Origin: Nitrosopumilus sp.
Lineage (GTDB): Archaea; Thermoproteota; Nitrososphaeria; Nitrososphaerales; Nitrosopumilaceae
Reading direction: 5' to 3'
Length of the DNA stretch: 64,000 nt
NCBI GenBank assembly: GCA_965206745.1
Contig: OZ242220.1
Location: 768,001 to 832,000 of the forward strand
Every line of letters starts with the position of its first letter. Position 1 is the stretch's first letter. The notes under the pieces are model-generated. The model saw nothing but the letters and a program-made list of their open reading frames with translations, did no database searches and was not told the origin of the DNA. This document shows, piece by piece, positions 9,748 through 20,059 of this stretch. Made by a program: the position numbers and the translations under genes.

Positions 9748-9987
9748 TTGAAATTTGAGAGGCGTGATATTATCCTGATCGTGGGTATTTTCCTAATTGT
9801 CCTTGGAATCACCCAATACGTTCCTTTCTATTACTCTGTTCTGATTGGAGTTGCATTTTATTTTGGAATCAAACTCTATGTTGAAAAAAGTCGTAAATCC
9901 ATTGAAAACACCATCGGAGGCGGAATCTGTATGGAATGCGGCTCAACAGTCATTGATAAAAAATGCCCAAAATGTGACTGTTCATAA
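9748..9987 (+). CDS. Small two-TM membrane protein with C-terminal Zn ribbon
   Basis: Two hydrophobic segments, then CMECG...CPKC; probable TTG start at 9748. Confidence 0.75.
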   Translation: MKFERRDIILIVGIFLIVLGITQYVPFYYSVLIGVAFYFGIKLYVEKSRKSIENTIGGGICMECGSTVIDKKCPKCDCS

Positions 9988-10128
9988 GAATAATTCCTTC
10001 GTATGCCTTAATACTGAAAAATCGAGTCAATTATTGATGGTTTTAAGATATTTGACTTTAACAATTAGCTCAACTTTTCCTCAATCTCCTTCTAAAATCT
10101 GTCTTTTGGTCAATCAAAATAGGAGTCA

Positions 10129-13100
10129 ATGATGAATCGTAATCTACTACTGGCATTTACAATGTTGCTCTTTGCAGGAATTCTGGCTCCTGCGTATGCA
10201 CAAACTACTCACAGTGTAGTAATCAACGAGGTTGACATCAACCCTCCTGGTGATGATTCTGCATCTATTGCCGAATGGGTTGAACTGTACAATCCAACCG
10301 ATTCTAATGTTGATATAAGTGGGTGGAAGATCGCATCAACGACTATTCTTAAAAAAACACTGACCATTCCAGTTGGAACTATCATTGCACCTGAGCAGCT
10401 TTTAACATACTCTTATCAAACTGTCTGGTTTACTGACGCAAATGAATCCGTGGAGCTTTGGGATGCTAATAATATCCTGATTGATAAAACTCCGCCTATC
10501 ACAGATATCAAAAATGATTTTACTACTTGGCAACGACTCTACGATGGATATGATTCTGACAGTGAGGATGATTGGAAATTCGTGACTGCCACCATTGGTT
10601 CATCAAATGGAAAATTAATACAGACAGCGATCGATGAGGAAATCACTGTAACTGTTTCTTCTACAAAACCTTCCTATGTTTTTGGCGAAGTTGCAACAAT
10701 TGAAGGGCGTGTCTCCGAAGAGATTCCCACCGTCCGACCTTACTTTACTCCTATACAAATTTTGATAACCATATCTGGCCCTAATCTTGACACGACAATT
10801 CCTCTGTATCCTGATTTAAATTTGAGCTATCGTACAACTCTTAACCTGAATAAGGTACTCGGAATTGCTGAAGGCGTTTATAATATAACTGTACGTTATG
10901 GAGATGCTACTGCACAAACTAGTTTTTCAGTGGGATCTGAAATTTTTGAACAAGTAATCAAAGTAGAACAACCAATAAGAATTACCTCTGACAAACCACA
11001 ATATATCCCGGGACAAATAGTTTCAATAACTGGATTTGCTACTGAGATAATCCCATTTGTGGGAATGAAGTTCACAGTTACTGATTCTGAGGATAATTTA
11101 GTTACAAATGGCAATCTTTACCCGACTGATGGCCAATTCAAAACTAGTTTTTACATTAGCAATATTGATCCTACCTATGGAACTTACAATATTCTTGCTG
11201 AATATTCTGATAAATCCGCCTCGGCCAGTTTTAAAGTTGTAGAGGATACAAAAGAAGATGTCCCAATCTCTCTTTGGACTGACAAAGTAGCCTACAGCGT
11301 TGGCGATGAGGTCAAAATTACTGGCAGATTAAATGAAGTTTGGACCAGTACTTTGGATTTGGAGATATTGCAGACCAAGCAATCTGCCCTAGGCTTGTCT
11401 TCCGGCGTCAGTGATGCAGGATTTAAAATTCTCGATGGAGTACGGATTACCGGTGATGGTTTTTTCAGTTATGATTTTATAATTCCAAACCATACAAACC
11501 GACTTGGCGATTATAAAATCAATATCTCTAAAGATATTGGCTCTGCTAGCGTGATTATTCATGCAGTTGAAGATCCTGACGATTTTGCTCTCTCCGATGA
11601 TCCGCTTACGCTCTTCTCTGATAAGAAAACCTATGAGATTGGTGAGACGTTGGTTCTAAATGGATTTATCAAAGATCCTTTTGTAAACTCTAGTTATAAA
11701 ACCGGTTCTGTAGTCAACATTGATATCTTGCATGAAGATGGCACTCCGCTAAAAATCGTTGCATTGTCTGCTCAAAACAATGCTAATGATGGAGAATCTT
11801 TTAACTATGACTTTACTGCAGTACCTGAATCGTCTGGCAATTACATGATTGAAATTGATCTGTATACGAATATTTTTTCCACGGGAAATTATATAATAAA
11901 ATCACAGTATTTGGGTCACATTGTAAGGGAGACCTTCACAATTACTGACCCGCTTGATTTGACTGACGGTGCTGTTATTTCACTTGACAAAGAAGTTTAC
12001 GGCTTGGGTGAAACCGTGCATCTTACTGGCATTGTTCCGCCAACTGCTGTTCGGAGTGTTGACATATCCATAACCAAACCTGATGGCACTGTAACAACAT
12101 CTGGCACCTCTATTGATGATCAGCGGTTCTCGTGGTCATGGACTACTCCCCTAACTGAATCATTCCAGTACTCCAACCCTGATTCAGCTGAAAGATCTGT
12201 ATCGAAATCCAATTTTGGAATATACAAAATGTCTGTATCCATAGACAGTCTCACAGAAAATATCTTCTTCAAAGTGTCTGAAGATCCTGAAAATGATTCC
12301 ATATCCACCAATCCTTTGTTTGTCTCAACTGAAAAATCCTTGTACAAAGTAGGTGAAAAGTTAAAGGTGATTGGAAACGTCATTGAACCTAAACAAGATG
12401 GCGATGATTTTGTACAAGCTCCTCCACGCGTAACAATTAAGGTGCTTGATGGATCTTTTCCATACAAACTAATCCACGAGTCCACCGTTTATCCTGCCAC
12501 GGGTGGTAAATTCTCTAGTTCATTTGAACTGCCTGTAACGGTATTCAGTGAAGGGCCTTATACTGTCAAAGCATCATATCTTGGCATTACAGATCGTGCC
12601 TCATTTAGTGTGGCAAATGATTTTAATTTTGGCCTTGATGAGGACATTGCTCTTTTAGTATCCACTGACAAATCCGAATATCATCCTGGCGATGTGGTGA
12701 CAATTAGCGGAAAACCAAACAAGCTAATCTATCTTGAGAAATTTGACATAAGCGTTGGCAAGGCAACTGATTCGGATATCACTTGTGGCTCATTTATCTG
12801 CGGGGATCATGTAGGCCCTGTTATGGTCATCCATCCGAGTTCCTCTGGCGCTTTTACACACGAATTTACCATTCCTGATTTGGCATCTGCAGTAGGAACA
12901 TACAAAGTCACAGTTGATGCAAATTTTGAGAAAAAATCAATTCAATTCACTGTGATTGACAAACCACAAAATTCTAAACAAAATACCATAATTGAAAAAG
13001 TAAACCGAATTTCTGAAAAGACCATCTCTGTTCTGACTGAGACGAAAACTATTGATGGCGTGACTATCTCGCCTAGGGTGCTTACTGGATCTTTGGTTAC

Positions 13101-13416
13101 TCCTAGCAAGGGTGATGAATCAAGTGTCGATCTCAGAGTTTCATCTGTAACTGGAATCTGCATTATTGGTCCTGATGCTGATTGCTTGGTCCGAGAATCC
13201 ACTCGAAAGCAAGGCTTCATCTACGACGTTGTTGATGTTGACGGGACCAGTCTCTATGTGCGATATAGTGGGCCAGATGTGAGGTTGGAAAAATTCAGCA
13301 TATTGCCTGAATCCCCTGTCGCATTCTTGTCTGATACAACCTGGAATGTGGAAGTTGTCAAAGATGATCAGGTCTCAAGATTTTACTATAAAGTGACATA
13401 CAAGACACTAGAGTAA
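10129..13416 (+). CDS. Secreted lamin-tail-domain protein with tandem Ig-like repeats
   Basis: Signal peptide; LTD motifs VVINEV, EWVELYN, DISGWKI; about seven (T/S)DKxxYxxG(E/D)xVxIxG-type repeats. Confidence 0.85.
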   Translation: MMNRNLLLAFTMLLFAGILAPAYAQTTHSVVINEVDINPPGDDSASIAEWVELYNPTDSNVDISGWKIASTTILKKTLTIPVGTIIAPEQLLTYSYQTVWFTDANESVELWDANNILIDKTPPITDIKNDFTTWQRLYDGYDSDSEDDWKFVTATIGSSNGKLIQTAIDEEITVTVSSTKPSYVFGEVATIEGRVSEEIPTVRPYFTPIQILITISGPNLDTTIPLYPDLNLSYRTTLNLNKVLGIAEGVYNITVRYGDATAQTSFSVGSEIFEQVIKVEQPIRITSDKPQYIPGQIVSITGFATEIIPFVGMKFTVTDSEDNLVTNGNLYPTDGQFKTSFYISNIDPTYGTYNILAEYSDKSASASFKVVEDTKEDVPISLWTDKVAYSVGDEVKITGRLNEVWTSTLDLEILQTKQSALGLSSGVSDAGFKILDGVRITGDGFFSYDFIIPNHTNRLGDYKINISKDIGSASVIIHAVEDPDDFALSDDPLTLFSDKKTYEIGETLVLNGFIKDPFVNSSYKTGSVVNIDILHEDGTPLKIVALSAQNNANDGESFNYDFTAVPESSGNYMIEIDLYTNIFSTGNYIIKSQYLGHIVRETFTITDPLDLTDGAVISLDKEVYGLGETVHLTGIVPPTAVRSVDISITKPDGTVTTSGTSIDDQRFSWSWTTPLTESFQYSNPDSAERSVSKSNFGIYKMSVSIDSLTENIFFKVSEDPENDSISTNPLFVSTEKSLYKVGEKLKVIGNVIEPKQDGDDFVQAPPRVTIKVLDGSFPYKLIHESTVYPATGGKFSSSFELPVTVFSEGPYTVKASYLGITDRASFSVANDFNFGLDEDIALLVSTDKSEYHPGDVVTISGKPNKLIYLEKFDISVGKATDSDITCGSFICGDHVGPVMVIHPSSSGAFTHEFTIPDLASAVGTYKVTVDANFEKKSIQFTVIDKPQNSKQNTIIEKVNRISEKTISVLTETKTIDGVTISPRVLTGSLVTPSKGDESSVDLRVSSVTGICIIGPDADCLVRESTRKQGFIYDVVDVDGTSLYVRYSGPDVRLEKFSILPESPVAFLSDTTWNVEVVKDDQVSRFYYKVTYKTLE

Positions 13417-13451
13417 ATTCAAAATACTCCGAGTATCCTTTGGTCGTTGGG

Positions 13452-13943
13452 ATGAAATTACAGATTTTGATGTTTTATCAAGATGATCCAAAAAAATGCA
13501 CTGCTGCCAAAATGATAAAGTTCGGTCTTGCTAAAGACATCAAAAAAATCGGTTCTAAAGGGATGGTGCTTGACCCGTTCTCGGAGAAAACATTGCTTCC
13601 AAAGGATGAGTATACAATTCACTCCATTGTTGGGATTGACTGCTCTTGGAATCTTGCAGATCAGGCATTTTCTAAAAATTTTGCCGGCCTCAAAAGAAAA
13701 CTTCCTCCATTGCTTGCAGGTAATCCCGTAAATTATTCAAAATTAGGCAAATTGACAACTGTTGAGGCCATGGCCGCATCTCTATTCATTCTGGGCTCTA
13801 AAGAGCAAGCTTTGGAATTGCTTGACAAATTCAAATGGGGCCACACGTTCTATGAACTTAATCAAAATCTCCTCGAAGAGTACTCAAAGATTGATGATGA
13901 ATCTCAGATAGAATTAATCGTAAAAGACTATGGCCTGGACTGA
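13452..13943 (+). CDS. tsr3: 16S rRNA aminocarboxypropyltransferase Tsr3 (DUF367)
   Basis: DDPKKCTA, IDCSW, RKLPPLLAGNPVNY, LTTVEA, FKWGHTFYELN. Confidence 0.93.
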   Translation: MKLQILMFYQDDPKKCTAAKMIKFGLAKDIKKIGSKGMVLDPFSEKTLLPKDEYTIHSIVGIDCSWNLADQAFSKNFAGLKRKLPPLLAGNPVNYSKLGKLTTVEAMAASLFILGSKEQALELLDKFKWGHTFYELNQNLLEEYSKIDDESQIELIVKDYGLD

Positions 13944-16396
13944 CTTCTTTTCTTTAGGTATATTCCAATTCCGATGATTGCAACTATTGGTATTATCCAT
14001 AGCCTATAATCTGCCTGATTCTCAGAAGATTCTGCTCCTTTGTTGCCTGCTACTGGCAAGTCTGTCTTGCCCTCTGTTACGATGTAATCTGTTTGATAAA
14101 AGTCCGGCTTTAGGACCGACTCTGACATTGCAAATATTTTGATGTTGTTTGCCCCTATGCCTAAATTCTCAGAATCCTCTGAAGATATTGTGATGATCGC
14201 TTTGCCATCCTCAACATTCTGTGTGTTTGAAATGATATTTTTGCCTTGATTGTCTGCCAAAAAATATAGTATCGAATCTGAATTCTTCGTTTCAACGACT
14301 ATGACACTCTCTTTGCCTCTCTGTATTGATTTTTTGATATCTATCTTTTCAATTGATGGGAATTTGGTATTTTCAAATTTAGACCACTCTCCTCTCTTAA
14401 ATGGGTAAGAGTCGTCATCAAACGCAGATACTTTGATGGTTCTTGATTCTGGCGAATATGATTCTAAATAAAACGGCCCGTTGCTTATCACTGCATGCTG
14501 TTTGTTCTCAATCCAGTCAATTGAGGACTGATATCGCTTTTGATAATACTCCGAATCCGTATTGTCCTCTTTTAATGATTCGGGAATGTACTTTGCCTCT
14601 TTAAACTCTTTTAAATAATCCCTTACTGTGTTTGCATCATTTGGGATGATGAGTGACAGCCAGTTTACGTTTTTACTTGTAGCGCCAGATCTTGAAAAAG
14701 ACACCTTTCCATCTATTACTGCCCTTCCCATCGCCTCTGTGATCTCCCATGGCATGGTGTTCCACAGTACTGCCCATTCTGCTATCTCGCCTTGATCAAA
14801 ATGCCAATAATCCACATACACCTCAACTGTATCTTCGTCAATTTGGTGCACTCCCTTGATCGTCTGTATGCTTTGGGAAACCCTTGGGGTAAATTCCGTA
14901 TCAAATGTTTTGTCATTTTCATCTGTTTGAGTTCCCCACTCTATGGCGAAATACAGCGAATGCAAGAGATCATTCATATCCATTCTTTGGCCATTATGCC
15001 AATTACTGAATTTAAAATCAAATGTTACCTTGCTAGTTGCCTGTGAACTTGTGCCATTTTCCCACCTTTGTAATGTTGGATTCCAAATTTTTGCATCTTC
15101 ATGGATGTCTATCTTGTTATTTGGACCATCTGTCTCCACCTTCCATGTTGCTCTTACTGGAAATGTCTCACCTGTGAACGGGTGTTTGAACGTTGCAGGA
15201 TCTGAAACTATTTCCCAAATGTGCCTGCTATAGCTGTCTGTAAACCCCATGATCGGGTTCCATGCCCCTTGGTAGATCTGCTTGACCCCTATTACCAGTT
15301 CATCGTTGTTGCTTTTTGCGTTGATTGGTGTAAATCTGCTTGGAATTCCTGCGCCAAAATCATTTACGACACCGCTGATCTTCTCATTTACTACATACTG
15401 ATCTATTTTGCTTGCTAAAAAAATCCTCACTGATTCATCAATCCCTTCAATTACTGCCTGTTGGATTAATTCAGTTCTCTGCTGTGATGTCTCAAAGTCC
15501 CCCGTGTATATTTTTTGAGTCAGGGAATCTAGTTTGTCGTTTTCATAATTCCAGTATGACGGATCATTGAATCCTGGCATGTATGAATACCACGGGGAAT
15601 ACATTTGGCCTAATCCCACCGAATCATATTTTACAAATGCTGAACGACCCCATCCTTCCGTGTACAAGTTCCATTTTACATCTGAAGGGTCTGATCCATA
15701 AATTATCACAAATGCCTTATTCAAGTCACCGAATTCTTTCTTGACTGCAAAACCCGTTCTTTCTAACTCCACAGACAATATCTCGCCGATAGATTTTCTA
15801 ACCGGATCATCACTTCTGATAAAAATTATAATTTCAACTGGTTTTTCATTTATTTGCCATCTATCATTAATTTTGACTGCACCTTTTTCTTCTAGTGCCT
15901 TTGAAATGATCTCATTTGCAAGCACAGGGTTGTATCTGAAATTGTACGTCTCTAACTGCTCTACAACCGTGAGATATTCTGGTTCTGATGGCCCATAGTA
16001 TGAAATAATTGGAGATCCGTATCCCCCCATTAGCTCATTTACGATTAACTTTCTGTCTACCAAATAATTCAAAGCAAATCTGATATCTTTGTTGGAGAAG
16101 GGGTTGAACTTTTCTGTCTCTGCTGGATTTACCAGAATGCTGTAGGTCCCACCTGTGGAGTCAAAGACCTGCAGCCCTTCTCTATCCTGTTTACTTTTTA
16201 ATCTGTCTGGAGGTATTGTGTAATAGTATATGTCAAGATTGCCGTTTTTCACCTCTTCTAATGCTGTGTTTTCATCGAGATATTGGATGAATTTTACTGA
16301 ATCAAAAAACGTATTTTTTTCTGCAAATGATTCATCATACAGTATTGATGCACCTAAAACAGCTAGTATGGCAACTAGCATCCCTCTCATACTCAT
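13928..16396 (-). CDS. Family 5 (oligopeptide/nickel-type) ABC substrate-binding protein with C-terminal TM anchor
   Basis: NPFSNKDIRFALNYLVDR, WHNGQRMDMND, SNGPFYLESY; signal peptide and C-terminal hydrophobic helix plus basic tail. Confidence 0.88.
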   Translation of the reverse strand: MSMRGMLVAILAVLGASILYDESFAEKNTFFDSVKFIQYLDENTALEEVKNGNLDIYYYTIPPDRLKSKQDREGLQVFDSTGGTYSILVNPAETEKFNPFSNKDIRFALNYLVDRKLIVNELMGGYGSPIISYYGPSEPEYLTVVEQLETYNFRYNPVLANEIISKALEEKGAVKINDRWQINEKPVEIIIFIRSDDPVRKSIGEILSVELERTGFAVKKEFGDLNKAFVIIYGSDPSDVKWNLYTEGWGRSAFVKYDSVGLGQMYSPWYSYMPGFNDPSYWNYENDKLDSLTQKIYTGDFETSQQRTELIQQAVIEGIDESVRIFLASKIDQYVVNEKISGVVNDFGAGIPSRFTPINAKSNNDELVIGVKQIYQGAWNPIMGFTDSYSRHIWEIVSDPATFKHPFTGETFPVRATWKVETDGPNNKIDIHEDAKIWNPTLQRWENGTSSQATSKVTFDFKFSNWHNGQRMDMNDLLHSLYFAIEWGTQTDENDKTFDTEFTPRVSQSIQTIKGVHQIDEDTVEVYVDYWHFDQGEIAEWAVLWNTMPWEITEAMGRAVIDGKVSFSRSGATSKNVNWLSLIIPNDANTVRDYLKEFKEAKYIPESLKEDNTDSEYYQKRYQSSIDWIENKQHAVISNGPFYLESYSPESRTIKVSAFDDDSYPFKRGEWSKFENTKFPSIEKIDIKKSIQRGKESVIVVETKNSDSILYFLADNQGKNIISNTQNVEDGKAIITISSEDSENLGIGANNIKIFAMSESVLKPDFYQTDYIVTEGKTDLPVAGNKGAESSENQADYRLWIIPIVAIIGIGIYLKKRSQSRP

Positions 16397-16489
16397 TACT
16401 TTAGAGTCATCTACTAAAACCTATATTATAATGCCCTGGCCTTTACATCTCATAAAACCTATATTTTAATCACGGATCACAAATTACAA

Positions 16490-17125
16490 TTGAAAATTCA
16501 TCCTAAAATGGTAATTGGGTTGCAGGGAATAATCCCAGGCGGTGTGTCTGTTGAGGATTTTTCTGCCGTCACCAAGATGAGCCCTGTTGATTCACAAATA
16601 ATTTTGGAAGAATTTGTTAAAAACAATGTTGGCTCAAAGGAGGGGGACTCGTATTACTTTGAGGATGGTGACAAGTTAAAGGTTGCAGTATCTTTACTTG
16701 AAAAAGGCCAGCCTATAGATGAAATCTCAATTGCGTTGGAATGGCGAGATTTTGAGGGTCTGACTGCAGAAATTTTGTCTGAAAAGAATTTTGCTGTAAT
16801 CAAAAACATGATGCTGAAAAAACCCAGAATGGAGATTGATGTAGTTGGGATTAGATTGGGCATTGCAATATTGATTGACTGTAAACATTGGAAACGATAC
16901 AGCTCATCGGCCTTATCAACTGCTGTAAAAAAACAAATAGAGAGGGTGAAACAATACGTGACAAAAACCCCTGGCGCAATTGCCGTGCCTGTCATTGTAA
17001 CACTGTATCAGGACAAAATTGATTTTATTGATAACGTTCCAATAGTTCCAATCTTTCAATTTGATTCATTCATTGATGAATTTTATGGCAACCTTGATCA
17101 GATGAATGTCATAGGAAAAGACTAG
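16490..17125 (+). CDS. PD-(D/E)XK restriction-endonuclease-like protein (Mrr/NERD-like)
   Basis: WRDFEGL..EIL, MEIDVVG...LIDCKHW motifs. Confidence 0.75.
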   Translation: MKIHPKMVIGLQGIIPGGVSVEDFSAVTKMSPVDSQIILEEFVKNNVGSKEGDSYYFEDGDKLKVAVSLLEKGQPIDEISIALEWRDFEGLTAEILSEKNFAVIKNMMLKKPRMEIDVVGIRLGIAILIDCKHWKRYSSSALSTAVKKQIERVKQYVTKTPGAIAVPVIVTLYQDKIDFIDNVPIVPIFQFDSFIDEFYGNLDQMNVIGKD

Positions 17126-18857
17126 TCACAAAAAACACCACTCCTCCTATCACGAATCCTTTGGTGATTTTTAATGAATTATCAAGTGCTTTGGAATAGT
17201 CTTCATAGATGCCTTGACCCATCACTTTTATGCTTGTCTCATTTTCTAAAATTTCGAACTTGGCTGCAGTTATGTTGCCTTCTGCCGTTTTTGCAATTGT
17301 AAAGAACCATTTTGCAAGTTTCTCTGCGCTTGTGATTAATCCTAGTTGGTAGTATCCGTTTCTATTTCTGGCTTTAACTGGTGCATAGTGTGTGTCAGAC
17401 GTACAAATTTCTAATAGCTGATAGTCTCTTTTTGCAAAGATGCTTATGATTTTCTCTCTTACTCCGTTCTCCATGTTGTTTGCGTCTGCCCATCCCAGAA
17501 AGTATTTTTTCCCATTAATTTTGAGACAAATGATTCCTAATCCCCCCATGCCTAAATCCTCGGTCCACACATCCATCTCGTCTGTATTGGCATACCCTAA
17601 CTCGATTGGAAAGCTCTCTTTTGAAATTAATGTGTCCAGACAAGATTTTGCTGCCTTTAGCATGTCTTCTCCGTCCTCATTTGAAATCTCTTCTCCCATG
17701 GCATTATGGCAGTCGACAATCATTATCTGTGAATAGTTTCTATTGTTTGCGTACTGTTGAATCTCTGTTTTCATATAGCTTGGAATGTCTTCCATGCCGT
17801 GTGGCGACAGAGACAAAAACAGTAGTGGATTATTCCCAAAAAGCAGCCCTGTGACCCTGGATTTATTTATTTGAACGGTTACTGGCTCTGTACATTTCAC
17901 CCCTTCTTCCTTGACTTTGCTATTTTCTAAATTTTTTAAATATTTTTCAACCTCGTTTCTTGATGGGAGATTCAAAGCGTGATTTGATATGCTGTGCATG
18001 ACCATTGCAGAGGATGACAAGTTCTTGTAAATTAGGTATGGTATGTTGCTCCCCCCCACTGGATGATATGGTCCTGGGTGGATTTCTGGCAACACCATTC
18101 TGAATTCTTTATCTCCACCATGCGTAGAGAATTTAATTTGCGATGTGGACACTTTGGTTTCGTTTGAGCGCTGCTCCATCAATTCCTCTGCATCATCAAA
18201 GTCATTTCCCTGGGATGCTAGATATGCCTGGATTGTTTTATGGGTGCTCTTCATTGCCGGCCTTCCTGCTCTATCTGTAAAAATTGACCACACACTTGCA
18301 ATAATCATAAACGATATTCCATATCCTAACCCAATTGGTTCAGTAAGTATTGAAATCCATAAATCTTGTGGAATTAGTACAAGATACATTGCCACTGGCT
18401 GGATTAAACAGATGGCCCAAGCTTTTTTGAGACTTGTCCCGAGTGTGGTGGTGTAAATGCCTATTCTAAAACTGGCAAAAAGCAATAATCCAAATGTTAT
18501 GAAAAATGGCTCCATGTTTTTTGATAAAACTACGCTTGAGAGAATTCCCATCAGTAGTGTGACTGTCCAGAGCATGTTTGCAAAAAGTGAAGAATGAAGA
18601 GATTTTGAATATTCTTTTTTCTTTGTAAACCTGGTATCTAGCAATTGTAAAAGAGCTAAAACTCCCAAGACCAGAGGCAATCTATACCAATTTTGCTCAA
18701 ATCCCAATCCTGCCAAATATCCAAAATATGTTGCAAGAACCGTAACTGATGCTACGACCATTGAAACAATCAATGAAAAATAATGTGATCCTGGATTGAT
18801 TAGAGTAAGGGAAAACCTATTGTGTATGTTTGAAACGTCGTCTGGATCTTTTTGCAT
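17109..18857 (-). CDS. DUF2070-family membrane protein
   Basis: N-terminal TMs; HPGP, GGSNIP, VDCHN, DANNM, TSDTH motifs. Confidence 0.85.
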   Translation of the reverse strand: MQKDPDDVSNIHNRFSLTLINPGSHYFSLIVSMVVASVTVLATYFGYLAGLGFEQNWYRLPLVLGVLALLQLLDTRFTKKKEYSKSLHSSLFANMLWTVTLLMGILSSVVLSKNMEPFFITFGLLLFASFRIGIYTTTLGTSLKKAWAICLIQPVAMYLVLIPQDLWISILTEPIGLGYGISFMIIASVWSIFTDRAGRPAMKSTHKTIQAYLASQGNDFDDAEELMEQRSNETKVSTSQIKFSTHGGDKEFRMVLPEIHPGPYHPVGGSNIPYLIYKNLSSSAMVMHSISNHALNLPSRNEVEKYLKNLENSKVKEEGVKCTEPVTVQINKSRVTGLLFGNNPLLFLSLSPHGMEDIPSYMKTEIQQYANNRNYSQIMIVDCHNAMGEEISNEDGEDMLKAAKSCLDTLISKESFPIELGYANTDEMDVWTEDLGMGGLGIICLKINGKKYFLGWADANNMENGVREKIISIFAKRDYQLLEICTSDTHYAPVKARNRNGYYQLGLITSAEKLAKWFFTIAKTAEGNITAAKFEILENETSIKVMGQGIYEDYSKALDNSLKITKGFVIGGVVFFVTSLFL

Positions 18858-18864
18858 TATTTAT

Positions 18865-19029
18865 TCACGGAGCTAGATAGTGATCGATTACCCATGAGAT
18901 TACGATTAAACTAATTGGGATTGATACTACGATTCTTGGATCCAATTTGAATCCCTTTGTCTCATCCTCAAAGAATCTCATGAGACCTCCACTTGATGCT
19001 GGAAGTGGTGCTGATTTCTTATCTGCCAT
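18865..19029 (-). CDS. secG: Preprotein translocase subunit Sec61beta/SecG
   Basis: Hand-translated MADKKSAPLPASSGGLMRFFEDETKGFKLDPRIVVSIPISLIVISWVIDHYLAP (54 aa, GLMRFF...KLDP plus TM helix). Confidence 0.9.
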   Translation of the reverse strand: MADKKSAPLPASSGGLMRFFEDETKGFKLDPRIVVSIPISLIVISWVIDHYLAP

Positions 19030-19215
19030 TACAATTCGTCATCATAGATTTTAACATAAAAACTTTATTCATAAAGCCAAATTTGGCCTTAAATTGTATT
19101 TTTTCTTGAAAATCCTATGTTATAGTGCCTCTTGCCTTTCACTATGTTGTATGCGTGTTCTGATGAAACCCATTGTGGTTCCTTGTCTGAGTAATTTAGG
19201 GCTCTCTGGCCATTT

Positions 19216-19545
19216 TCATCGTATCTTTTTCATCTTCTTCCTTGTCTCTAATAATGAATTGATCGTTTTTAGGATATCTTGTTGTTTTTGATGATCTTTT
19301 TCTTGCTCTAATTCACTTGATAGTGCCTCTAGTTTCCTCCTCAGTACCTCCTCTACTGTGAATGTCTCATTTGGTTGGTTTTCTATTGGAATCTCCTTTT
19401 TTTCTGGCTGTCTGCCGCAATTGATACACAAGGCCTTCCCTTCTTTGATGACTCTGACTCCTTTACAATACGGGCAAGGCTCACTAAGCAATGTGGCTCC
19501 TTGAAGAAGCATTTCTGCGGCCTTTTTTGTCAGTTCTTCTGTCAC
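19216..19545 (-). CDS. UPF0148 / autoantigen p27-family Zn-ribbon protein
   Basis: LLQGATLLSEPCPYC...CINC followed by coiled coil. Confidence 0.85.
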   Translation of the reverse strand: MTEELTKKAAEMLLQGATLLSEPCPYCKGVRVIKEGKALCINCGRQPEKKEIPIENQPNETFTVEEVLRRKLEALSSELEQEKDHQKQQDILKTINSLLETRKKMKKIR

Positions 19546-19676
19546 TGATTTCCTTTGATCCTCTCTCTAAAAAATCCGTTTGTTTTTGACAGAATCCACA
19601 AATAAGTGACCTTTTGAATCAGAATGGAATTCCGTATTTTCAGCATATGTGCCACACATTTTAACGGCATTGAGAT

Positions 19677-20059
19677 CTAGTAATTCTTAATCCCCGTGGG
19701 ATCCACTTTGTACTGATTACATCGTAATCCCAAAGTATTCTCTACTTGGGAAAATAGTTGAAAAATTAAGTCTGGAATAATGATCTCATCTTTTTATTTA
19801 GATGGACATTAAGGCAATTTATCAGATGGAACATAGTACGCCTTACCATTCTCATCAACCTGTTTACAAATAATGTATGATTCCTAGCATTATAATTCTC
19901 AACATCGATTACAATATCAAATACCACATCAGATAGCCAATCTAAATGAATACCGCCACGCCCGTCAAGACAATAATGCGGTTGATAAAAATATAATAAA
20001 ACAAGTAGTGATGTAATAATAACACTAGATATAATCAAAGCATAAAATATCTTTTTCAA
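19677..20059 (-). pseudogene. Disrupted membrane-anchored protein gene
   Basis: TM N-terminus; after an apparent frameshift near 19870 another frame reads CKQVDENGKAYYVPSDKLP*CPSK*KDEIIIPDLIFQLFSQVENTLGLRCNQYKVDPTGIKNY with two in-frame TAA. Confidence 0.5.

Noticed and set aside
9533-13416. tRNA-Pro as an integration site for an island or provirus
   Set aside because: No integrase and no duplicated tRNA 3' end were seen in the window.
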